A stretch of DNA of 64,000 nt. Source: Planctomycetota bacterium (lineage in GTDB: Bacteria; Planctomycetota; UBA8108; SXIK01). A program made the position numbers and the translations under genes. Shown here in pieces: positions 9,301-17,086 of this stretch (position 1 is the first letter of the stretch; each line of letters starts with the position of its first letter). The stretch covers positions 5,248,001 through 5,312,000 of the forward strand of contig CBDCXR010000004.1 of NCBI GenBank assembly GCA_965223845.1. Direction: 5' to 3'. The notes under the pieces were generated by a model. It did no database searches and was not told the DNA's origin. It saw only the letters and a list, made by a program, of their open reading frames with translations.

Positions 9301-12198
9301 GATTTCGATCTCGGCCAGCTTCTCATCGCCGACGGCGCAGAGCCCGCCCCGATCGACATCCGGCTCCGAGCTCCGTCCGCGGTCGAGGAGCTGCGGCTTC
9401 ACGGCACCGTCGGCGCGTCCCCGCACGGATTCACGACGCGACTCGATCTCGATGCTACGGGACTCACGGGCGAGACCTTGGCGCGCTACGTCGACGGTGT
9501 CGAGCCGGCGCTCAAGAACGGCCGGGCGCACGCCGAGCTCCGCGCCGACGTTCTCCCGCGCGACGGTGGCGGTTGGTCCGCTGCCGTCGCGATCGAAAAC
9601 GTCTCGCTCGGAGAGGACGGTGCGGATCCGATCGTCGCGCTCGCGAAAGTGAGTGTCAGCGCTCCGCGCATCGATCCCGAGAACGGCGTTCACGAGCTCG
9701 AAGAGATCTCGATGGCCGGACTCGCGGTCGACGCGGTGAAGCGGACGAGCGGTGCCATCGAGGTTGCGGGTCTGTCGTTCCCGCCCGCTCCGGCCGAGGA
9801 GGACGAGCGAGTCGCGGAGGAAGCGACCGACGACGGCGGAGCTGAACCGCCGAGCGAAACCCTATCGTCGAACGAAGACGATGCGAGCGGCGGCGCGAAG
9901 GCGGAGGGCGGGCCGAGCGGAGCCGAGAACGGAGAGACGATCGAAAACGGCGCATCGTCAGTCGCGAAGACCGAAGAAGACGACGCGAAGAAAAAAACGG
10001 CGGCCCTCGCCGCGCGACTGCGCGAGCGTCTGCCGACCGTATCGCTCGGGAAGCTCGATTTGCACGTCGAGCGACTCTCCTTCGTCGACGAATCCGTCAC
10101 CGACCGCGTTCCACTGCGTGTGGCGGACGTCCGGATCGCAACGCCGGCGGAGACGACGCTCCTCAACGCCGAACCGACGGAGCTCCCACCGATCGAGATC
10201 GGCGTGACCGGCCGCGTGGAGCCGCTCGTGGGCAGCTTCGAGGTGAAGACGCGCGCCGCGCCGTTTTCGACCGAGCCGACGCTGAACGTCGATGTCGCCG
10301 CCTCGGCGATCGACCTCACGGATCTGCCGCGGACGATCGCCGGGCTCGCCGAGGTTCTCGGCGACGGCGCGATGACTGCGGGGGAGTTCAGCGCGACCCT
10401 CGAAACCACCGTTAAGGCGAAGCGCACGGGACCGCTCGATTTCGCGTTCAAGGAGGGACTCGGTCTCGAGACGAATCTCGCCGTCGCTCTCCGAGAGAGT
10501 CGAGACGGCGAGGTGCTCGCCGGATTCGAAAACCTGCGGGTCGATGTCGCGAGCATCGATCCGAGCGGCCGCGTCCACATCCGCGACATCGAGCTGACGA
10601 AACCGGAGGGACGCGTTCGCAAGTCGGAGCAAGGCTTTCACGTACTCGGCCTCGTCCTGCGAACGCCAGAAGAGGACTCGCCGCGAGACGACGACGATGC
10701 CGAAGGCGAACCGGAAGCGGAAGGAGAGGAGGAGATCGCCGCGGCGGACGAAGTCGAATCCGCCGGCGACGCGCAGGACGATGCGAGCGCTGACGCGGAC
10801 GCCCCCGAAATTCGAATCGACCGCGTGATCGTGAGCGGAATCGATTTCGCTCTGCGCGACGAAACCGTCGACCCTCCGGCGTCGCTTCCGATCACCGGAC
10901 TCGACGTCGAGGTGCGGAAGTTCTCGAATCGGATGTTCACCGAAGAGCGGACGCTCGCCTTCAACGCGAGCCTCGAAGGCGGCGAGATCCCGCTCCCGAA
11001 GCGGCTCGATCAGAGCGCGCTCTTCGGCGCGATCGCCGACGCGGTCAAGGTCGTCGCGGGCGACGCAGAAACGAAGGAGCTCGAAGACCGAGCGATCTTC
11101 GGCGAGATCGGAGCAAGCGGTCGTCTGGCGTTCTTCCCCGAGCCGAAGGGTTGGGCCAAGGCGCGCATCGACTCGCTCGAGCTCGGCTCATTGAGCAGCT
11201 TCGCGGCGGCATCCGGCGTACAGCTCGACGACGGCGTACTCGATGCGAAAGTCGACGTTCGCCTCTTGGCGGGCGGCGACATGAAAACTCGCGCCGGGTT
11301 TACCTTTACGGATCTCCAGCTCTCGGAGCCGCCCGACGGCCCCATCTTTCGTTACCTCCACCTCCCCGCGCCGCTCGACACGGTGATTTTCGTTCTTCGC
11401 GACGAAGACGGGTCCATCCACATTCCACTCAACTTCGCGCTCGAGCAGGGTCAGATATCGAACGCGGAAATCGCGAAAATCGCGACGACCACTCTGGGGA
11501 GCGTCATCGCGGATGCACTCGCGAGCGCGCCTCTTCGCGTCGCCAGCGTCGCGACCGACCTGATCCCGCTTCCGTTCGGCGGTGAAGACGAGCTCGTCGC
11601 CCCCGCCACCATCGAATTCGAAGCGGGAGCCGTCGCAGTCGGGAATGACGCGCCGGAGAATCTCGCGCCCATCATCGAGCAAATGCGAGACGACGAGACG
11701 ATCTCGATCAAGCTCACGCACTCCCTGGGAAGCAGCGACCTCACCGCGATCAGCGCGAAGGTCAATCTGTCGGAAGATGAGTCGCGTGCGATCGTCCATC
11801 GCCTTCGCACGGAGCGAACCGAATGGGTTCGAGAGCGAGCCCGACTCGCCGCCGAGGTTCGCGCGGCGCTCGCGAGCGGAACGTCCGATCTCGCGCGAAG
11901 GGCGATGGCGCGCCTCCGCGAAGTGGACCGAGAAATCGGCGAAACCGATCGGTCGCTCGACCGCATTCTCGAGCAGCTCGCGCCCGGTGCGCCGCGGCGG
12001 GCTCCCCGGCGGACGAGGGCGGGATGCGTCCGGCTCGCGGAGGCTCGGCTTGCAGCGCTCCGCGAACAAGTCCTCGCCGAGCTCGGTCCAGATGTGCCCG
12101 CGGAGCGGGTCGACGCGGGACGACCGCGGTTTCAGCTGAGCGACGGAACGACGGGACGCATCGTCGTCACGCCGAAGCGAAAATCGGCGGCCGAGTGA
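6379..12198 (+). CDS. Giant DUF748/AsmA-like (bridge-like lipid transfer) envelope protein with C-terminal OmpA-like domain
   Basis: N-terminal TM anchor; repeated beta-rich modules ending F.D.SV.P; PLDTVIFVLRDEDGSIHIPL; C-terminal IEFEAG..LAEAR. Confidence 0.8.
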   Translation: MSREKKGNRGKPNGGPESEKRSDESPAASDSAANSSSEASVGTKAKPVRKRRWLRRTIFALAAVAVVCVVLRIVLAASLSTIIEKAANGYNLTCQYERLDISILSGDVELWHMVVAPKDGGEAFLSAEYCRGDVAIASLLMGKLVVRRVELDGADLTIDRNADGSFALLRCIQEAGGAVDHDTTEPEPEAADEDEASDDTAAIALSPPIEINALRVQHVQTRFRDQSVEPPIDTECELSLRLSNLNSPTHPLRFDLDISAEPLLDQMYIEGMGRTAVDALELELAVTLRGLHPRAAAGYLRPLGVEPVAEEIAAALDVTVNVDVSADKMSEATADLVVSDVHVEADGVRALELGRARIDVGTLSRTTAGGIEITVSGGKCFIERPRAGVLRIAGVDLVPAPKGPQTQRVADEAASALAPGEATPAVESPAVAAASGDDANDARPVAGDAESKPRFLWSIASLGILDHSVRFVDASVEPNADLEFSLVELAVENVTNVPEELSPPTSIAVRATAPGLFQSLDIRGRATLFVPEQSLTLALDVSGIAPDAAAPYLAAAGIESALDAGTLSLRVDAQSVAPQDDASGSTKLSASVSELSFRDGESELFALDRAGLAGVSFRSEPPALSIDEIAIAGTRVRAARDPDAALRLFGLRLGGAATEPHRELEQALAAEGAARVVPVRAEAGTGAPVPAVAPGTAETAVGDAATPSLFPLELRVGRTIWEETRVLFTDYSTPEVVELAVEDLGVEIGEWMVNPSAPSSPPSSAPLRLWVNAPGIARRIEGTGTFTPSPSSVEVALAVEGRGIDAKGVGPYLSAAGLESRLDDGSLDLELGADVQLDSGAVVASVDLERVVFRDGDEEWAGVDAVRCRVRAEPTRFVVENVEIERPRLAATRSAGGDLTIAGIGVLPVVETTDADAASSRSDTTATASAPRSAAPGKDTHATEVSVERVHFGNATLRWVDEAISESLGLTAEVDFDLGQLLIADGAEPAPIDIRLRAPSAVEELRLHGTVGASPHGFTTRLDLDATGLTGETLARYVDGVEPALKNGRAHAELRADVLPRDGGGWSAAVAIENVSLGEDGADPIVALAKVSVSAPRIDPENGVHELEEISMAGLAVDAVKRTSGAIEVAGLSFPPAPAEEDERVAEEATDDGGAEPPSETLSSNEDDASGGAKAEGGPSGAENGETIENGASSVAKTEEDDAKKKTAALAARLRERLPTVSLGKLDLHVERLSFVDESVTDRVPLRVADVRIATPAETTLLNAEPTELPPIEIGVTGRVEPLVGSFEVKTRAAPFSTEPTLNVDVAASAIDLTDLPRTIAGLAEVLGDGAMTAGEFSATLETTVKAKRTGPLDFAFKEGLGLETNLAVALRESRDGEVLAGFENLRVDVASIDPSGRVHIRDIELTKPEGRVRKSEQGFHVLGLVLRTPEEDSPRDDDDAEGEPEAEGEEEIAAADEVESAGDAQDDASADADAPEIRIDRVIVSGIDFALRDETVDPPASLPITGLDVEVRKFSNRMFTEERTLAFNASLEGGEIPLPKRLDQSALFGAIADAVKVVAGDAETKELEDRAIFGEIGASGRLAFFPEPKGWAKARIDSLELGSLSSFAAASGVQLDDGVLDAKVDVRLLAGGDMKTRAGFTFTDLQLSEPPDGPIFRYLHLPAPLDTVIFVLRDEDGSIHIPLNFALEQGQISNAEIAKIATTTLGSVIADALASAPLRVASVATDLIPLPFGGEDELVAPATIEFEAGAVAVGNDAPENLAPIIEQMRDDETISIKLTHSLGSSDLTAISAKVNLSEDESRAIVHRLRTERTEWVRERARLAAEVRAALASGTSDLARRAMARLREVDREIGETDRSLDRILEQLAPGAPRRAPRRTRAGCVRLAEARLAALREQVLAELGPDVPAERVDAGRPRFQLSDGTTGRIVVTPKRKSAAE

Positions 12199-12355
12199 TC
12201 GAGCGGGCGATTTCGCGTCGACCGACGCGACGTCGACGCCAGGAATCCATCCCAACGAAGTAAGGACAATCGGCCCACCGATCCGATAGCGAAGTTGTGG
12301 GATTGACGGGCGCCGTCCGCATCTCCCGCGCCGCTATGCCACGGGAGCCCCGCGA

Positions 12356-13378
12356 ATGACCGCTCCGCCTTGTCCCCATTGCCAGAGTGAACGCACGGCG
12401 GAGCAGTTTTCCGGCCCTCCCGTCGTCCGGCGCTGCGAGGAGTGCCGACTGCTGTTTCTCGCGGACTTTCCGGACGCCGATACGCTCGCCACGTACTATC
12501 AAGGCGAGTACTACGAGGAGGGATCGGGGCAGCGCTTTCTTCGTCCGTTCGAGCGCGTACTCGAAGCTTTTCGCGAAGCTCGCGCGCGCGACATCACCCG
12601 GCGACTCCCGCCACGCACGTCGGATGCGCCGGACGCCATCCTCGATGTCGGGTGCGGTCGCGGCCTCCTCCTCGACGCCTTTCGAAAGCGCGGATGGCGT
12701 GCGGTGGGAACCCAGCTCTCGGAGACGGCGGCGGACGCGATCCGCAGCCGAGCCGGCGCCGACGTTCACGTGGGCGAGCTTCCAGCGCTCGACCTGGGCG
12801 ACGCGTCGTTTCGGGCGATCACGTTCTATCACGTCCTCGAGCACGTCGACGTTCCCGGCGCCTATCTCCGGGAAGCCCATCGTCTGCTCCGGGACGACGG
12901 TCTTCTCGTAGTCGAAGTTCCCGATGCGGCCGGACCGGGTTTTCGAATTCTCGGAACGAGAAACTTCTGTCTCGATTATCCCCACCACCTCTACTTCTTT
13001 TCGGGCGCGGCACTCCGAGGCTGTCTCGAAGCGCACGGGTTCGAAGTCGTCGGGGTGCGGCACTTCTCGCTCGAGTACTCTCCCTACACAGCCCTTCAAA
13101 ACCTACTCAACTTTCTCCCCGGCGAACCGAACCGGCTCTACCGCTCATTCATGCGGAACGCCGACGCGAAGCGCTTACGATCGAGTCCGTGGACGTGGCT
13201 CCACGCAGTCCTCGGGGCGGTGCTCGCTGCGCCGATAACGCTCGCGAGTTTCGCGAGCCTCGTCATTCCCGTCGGGAACACCGTCCGGTTCTATTGCCGA
13301 AGGACGACGATGGACGCGAAGGGTCGTCCATCGTCGCGCGAATCTGCGCTGAGTTCGTCGTCGGTCTCTGCGACCTAA
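12356..13378 (+). CDS. Class I SAM-dependent methyltransferase with N-terminal Zn-ribbon
   Basis: CPHC..CEEC; ILDVGCGRG; YHVLEHV; LLVVEVP; PHHLYFF. Confidence 0.88.
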   Translation: MTAPPCPHCQSERTAEQFSGPPVVRRCEECRLLFLADFPDADTLATYYQGEYYEEGSGQRFLRPFERVLEAFREARARDITRRLPPRTSDAPDAILDVGCGRGLLLDAFRKRGWRAVGTQLSETAADAIRSRAGADVHVGELPALDLGDASFRAITFYHVLEHVDVPGAYLREAHRLLRDDGLLVVEVPDAAGPGFRILGTRNFCLDYPHHLYFFSGAALRGCLEAHGFEVVGVRHFSLEYSPYTALQNLLNFLPGEPNRLYRSFMRNADAKRLRSSPWTWLHAVLGAVLAAPITLASFASLVIPVGNTVRFYCRRTTMDAKGRPSSRESALSSSSVSAT

Positions 13379-13526
13379 CGGCCGAAAAGCACGCGGCTCG
13401 CCAAGACGGAATCGCGCCGAGAACGGTCGAGTGGACCGATGCGGGATGTTCCAGCGATACTTGAGGCGAGCGACGTCCTTTTCGTCTGTCCGTCGATTCG
13501 CCGTTCCCGAACCCCGCCCTCACGCA

Positions 13527-14669
13527 ATGCACACTCGAAACCTCGCCGCCGCGAGACTCTTACTTGTCGGTCCCGACGGCGGACCGATGCTTGCGCTCAC
13601 TCAGAGGCTCCTCGATTCCGGCTACCGAAACTGCCGCCACTGCGCGGCGCCGGGGCAGGAGCTTTCCGCGTTCTTCGAGCCCGAGCCGGATCTGATCGTC
13701 CTCTCTCCCGATCTGCTCGAGAACGCGCAATCGCATGCGCTTACGGAACTCCAGGCGTATATACGAGCGAGCACTGGCATTCCGGTTCTTCTCGCCGGCG
13801 AGAACATGAGTTCACGAACCCGACGGCGCGCGCTCGGCGTCGGTGTCACGGACTTTTTGAACGAGCCGGCAGATCCCGTCGCCATGATCACGCGGGTGCG
13901 CAATTTGCTCGATCTTCGCTTCGCTTGCCGGGCGCTCGCGGAACTCCGTCAGAAGTTGGAGTCGGCCCCACCTACGGACACGGCCGAGCAGGAAGCTCTC
14001 GCGAGTCTTCACCTCCTCGCGCGCTGCGCGGAGTATCGCGAAGATCCGTCCGGGCATCACACGGTGCGCGTCGGACGTCTCTCCGCGTCGATCAGCGCGA
14101 TGCTCGGGTGGTCCGAGGAGGAGACGAATCAGCTCTGCGTCGCGGCGATGCTGCACGACCTCGGCAAGATCACCGTCCCCGAGTCCATCCTCCTCAAGCC
14201 GGGGCAACTCACGAACGAGGAATTCGATCTTCTGAAGAAACACACGACGGCCGGTCGAGATCTACTCGGCTCGTGCTCGTCGGGTGTGCTCGCGCTCGCG
14301 CGAGACGTCGCCCTATCTCACCACGAAGGCTGGAACGGATCTGGCTATCCGTTCGGCCTCGCCGGCGAGGAAATCTCGCCGGCGGGACGAATCGTCGCCG
14401 TCGCCGATGTCTTCGACGCGCTCACTCACGACCGCCCGTACCGGAAGGCTTTCTCCGTGGACGTCACGGTCGGATTGATCCAGGAGGATCGGGGCAAGGC
14501 GTTCGACCCGGCGGTGGTCGACGCGTTTCTCGAAGTTGCGCGCCGAGACGACATCTCTGCGCTCGTGGGTGAAGAAGATGTCGCTACTTCGCCCATCATC
14601 GAGCGTTTTCTCGACGAAACCGTTCGCACCCGAATCGAACAGAGCTCCGTCCCGGCGGAGTCGACGTAA
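13527..14669 (+). CDS. RpfG-like HD-GYP c-di-GMP phosphodiesterase with degenerate receiver domain
   Basis: HTVRV, LHDLGK, HHEGWNGSGYP, ADVFDAL, RPYRK; REC has PDLIVLS. Start placed at ATG 13527 (ORF open from 13431). Confidence 0.88.
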   Translation: MHTRNLAAARLLLVGPDGGPMLALTQRLLDSGYRNCRHCAAPGQELSAFFEPEPDLIVLSPDLLENAQSHALTELQAYIRASTGIPVLLAGENMSSRTRRRALGVGVTDFLNEPADPVAMITRVRNLLDLRFACRALAELRQKLESAPPTDTAEQEALASLHLLARCAEYREDPSGHHTVRVGRLSASISAMLGWSEEETNQLCVAAMLHDLGKITVPESILLKPGQLTNEEFDLLKKHTTAGRDLLGSCSSGVLALARDVALSHHEGWNGSGYPFGLAGEEISPAGRIVAVADVFDALTHDRPYRKAFSVDVTVGLIQEDRGKAFDPAVVDAFLEVARRDDISALVGEEDVATSPIIERFLDETVRTRIEQSSVPAEST

Positions 14670-14692
14670 GGCCTCGCGCAAAGAGCACACCG

Positions 14693-15727
14693 ATGAGAGA
14701 GTTCGTCCTCAAGAATCCTCGCCTGGGAGTACCGAGCTCGGCCCGGGAGTCGTCCGTTGACTCGACGACGGTCGAGCTGACGAGCGGGAGCGAGGAGCGG
14801 AAACCCGCTGATTCGCTTTCGGACGTATCGCTCGGCGACGCGGAGCCGAGTGAGCTCTCACTCGACGAGGCGATCGCTAGCCTCGACGATGTCAATCTCG
14901 ACCTCGACATCGATGGCTTCGTCGTCGAAAGCGCGGCTGCGACCGAGTCCGAGTCGACGGGTACGAATGCGACCGGAGTCATCCTCAACCTAGCGGAAGC
15001 GCCGGCGCTCGGGACCGACACGGCTGTCGGTGCGGCCGAACCGCACGAACTCGCGTCGAATCCGGAATCGATCGCCGCGACCGAGTCTGACCTCGAGGCG
15101 GACGCGGTCGGCGCGACATTGGCGGGTGCTTCGCCCTCCGCGTCAGGTGACGTCGACCGTCTACGCGCACGCCTCGCCGAGTGCGAGGAGCAGCTCCGAA
15201 AGCGAGAAAACTCGCTCGCCGAAATCTTCGAGTTCCTCAAGGAGTTCAAACGCGCCGAAGAAGAAGCGAAGTTGATCCAGCGGGGGATCGCCCTACACGA
15301 TCGACTCGAGGCGGCGATTGCCAACGACTTCGCCGAGTTCGAGTCGTCCTCGACACCGGCCGGCGAAGCACCGATCGCCGTCGACCCGCAGCAGTTCTAC
15401 GGCTTCTTCGGCGAGCTCAAGGAGGTCGGCGTCTCCGAGATTCTCGAGTTCGTCCGGACGACGAACAAAACGGGCCGACTCGTCGTCGAAGCACAGTGCG
15501 TTCAGGGGACCATCGACTTCGTCGCCGGCCAGGCGATCTTCGCCAAAACGACGGAGGCGGAGGGATTCGACGCGTTCTACGACCTCATGGGAGCTGAAAC
15601 GGGGCACGTCCGGTTCTCGGCGGAAGCCGTCGACTCGAGTCGACGAAACCTCTCTAAGGGAACACTGCAGCTCATGATGAAGGCGCTGCGGCTCCTCGAC
15701 GAACGCAACTCGCAGATGCGGCGATAG
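14693..15727 (+). CDS. DUF4388 (PATAN) domain protein with acidic disordered N-terminus and coiled coil
   Basis: C-terminal FFGELKEVGVSEILEFVRTTNKTGRLVV..GTIDFVAGQAIFA..LMMKALRLLDE. Confidence 0.8.
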   Translation: MREFVLKNPRLGVPSSARESSVDSTTVELTSGSEERKPADSLSDVSLGDAEPSELSLDEAIASLDDVNLDLDIDGFVVESAAATESESTGTNATGVILNLAEAPALGTDTAVGAAEPHELASNPESIAATESDLEADAVGATLAGASPSASGDVDRLRARLAECEEQLRKRENSLAEIFEFLKEFKRAEEEAKLIQRGIALHDRLEAAIANDFAEFESSSTPAGEAPIAVDPQQFYGFFGELKEVGVSEILEFVRTTNKTGRLVVEAQCVQGTIDFVAGQAIFAKTTEAEGFDAFYDLMGAETGHVRFSAEAVDSSRRNLSKGTLQLMMKALRLLDERNSQMRR

Positions 15728-15799
15728 AGTTCCGAGAGCACGATCGCCGCTCCAGGATGGACCACGAGCTCGCGAAGCTCCCGAGCACGCCTCGGAAAC

Positions 15800-16906
15800 T
15801 CACTCTTCGGTCGAAGGTGGTGGCTTCCGCCCGAACGGCCACAGCTTCGCGAGACCGCGCTTGGCGCCCGGGATCCAGCCGCCTCGCAGCACGGCTTCGG
15901 TCGCGGTTTTCGACGACGGCTCGAAGAGATGGCGAAGGTCGACGACGAACTGGTCGTACACCTCGAGGACGCAGGTGTAGTAGCCCTTTTCGCGAATCTT
16001 CGCGAAGGCGCCCAGGTAGTAGTCGACGACGTTGTCGCTGAAGAGATCGAGGGCGACCTTGACTGAGCCGACTGCGCCCCGGCCCGCACGCACCATCTGC
16101 GAATACGTCATCATTGCGACGGCGTTCGACACCTCGAGGAGCGAGCGGTTCTCGACGCGAACCGTCTCTTCGATCTCCGACCAGACGCGCGCCATGTCGT
16201 CCTTCGAGATCAGCTTCGTGAGATCGACTTCCTTCGCGTGAGCTCTCAGCTCATCGACGGTCTTTTGAAGCTGCTCCGTCGTCACGGGCGGCGTATCGAG
16301 CGAATCGGCGAGCGATCCCGACGTCCTCTGGAGTGCCGCGAGGAGCTGGTCGACGCCGTCGATCGTCTCGCTTCCTTCGATGACGCCCTGCTCCTTGAGC
16401 TCGCCGACGAGCGCGTTGAGATACGTCTTCGCGCCGAAGGCGACATCGCTCACCACGGCGAGCACCCAAACGGGTGAGACGTGGAGTACGGCGAGTCCGC
16501 CGACGTCGATCACGTTGCCGACCGCCTTCTTGACGACGAATTGATCGTCGTCCCCGCTCGCCGGATCGTGCTCGCCGTCTTCGCCGGACGGCGATGGCTC
16601 GGCCGACGCAAGCTTTCCCACGTCGTCGGCGAGAAACCCGAGCATCTTTTCGACCGTGAGCCGGTAGAGCTGGGCCTCCTTCATCGCGTCGGGAACCGCG
16701 AGCTTCGCGAGGTCGCGCGCCGTCGAGCTCGCCGTACCGATCATGCCGCGAGCGACCCGTTCGGGGAGGCTGAGCGAGTAGACCGTCGCATCGACCGCTT
16801 TCGAAATGAGACCGGACTCGTCCGTTTCCGCAGCGGCTTCCGGTGTCTCTTCGTCTCGTGCGGCAGGTTCGGACGGGTCGGTCTTCTCAGAATTCGATTC
16901 GTTCAT
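15800..16906 (-). CDS. Hypothetical alpha-helical protein
   Basis: Long ORF with host codon usage (YSLSLPER, LHVSPVWVLAVVSD); start 16906 or 16933. Confidence 0.75.
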   Translation of the reverse strand: MNESNSEKTDPSEPAARDEETPEAAAETDESGLISKAVDATVYSLSLPERVARGMIGTASSTARDLAKLAVPDAMKEAQLYRLTVEKMLGFLADDVGKLASAEPSPSGEDGEHDPASGDDDQFVVKKAVGNVIDVGGLAVLHVSPVWVLAVVSDVAFGAKTYLNALVGELKEQGVIEGSETIDGVDQLLAALQRTSGSLADSLDTPPVTTEQLQKTVDELRAHAKEVDLTKLISKDDMARVWSEIEETVRVENRSLLEVSNAVAMMTYSQMVRAGRGAVGSVKVALDLFSDNVVDYYLGAFAKIREKGYYTCVLEVYDQFVVDLRHLFEPSSKTATEAVLRGGWIPGAKRGLAKLWPFGRKPPPSTEE

Positions 16907-17007
16907 AGCAATCTCTCCGACGCGCACGCTCACCCGACATTACGCGAAAGCGATCCCGTCACCCGCGAAGAGTCCGCACGGGCGGAGACGAGAAGCGTCC
17001 ACGCGAC

Positions 17008-17036
17008 TTGACACCACCGGCGAGCGTCTCAATCAT
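17008..17036 (+). promoter_or_regulatory. Putative sigma70 promoter of the PSD1/DUF1501 operon
   Basis: TTGACA (17008-13), 17 bp spacer, AATCAT (17031-36), 50 bp upstream of the ATG. Confidence 0.45.
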
Positions 17037-17086
17037 GTACAGTTCTGTCAACGAGTTACGAGTGATCGACGGAGCGGGCGAGCGAC

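Noticed and set aside
13372-13455. ACCTAAC at the methyltransferase stop as an attC start, and a weak 16-bp box at 13440
   Set aside because: No matching GTTRRRY or L-box pairing; box match too weak
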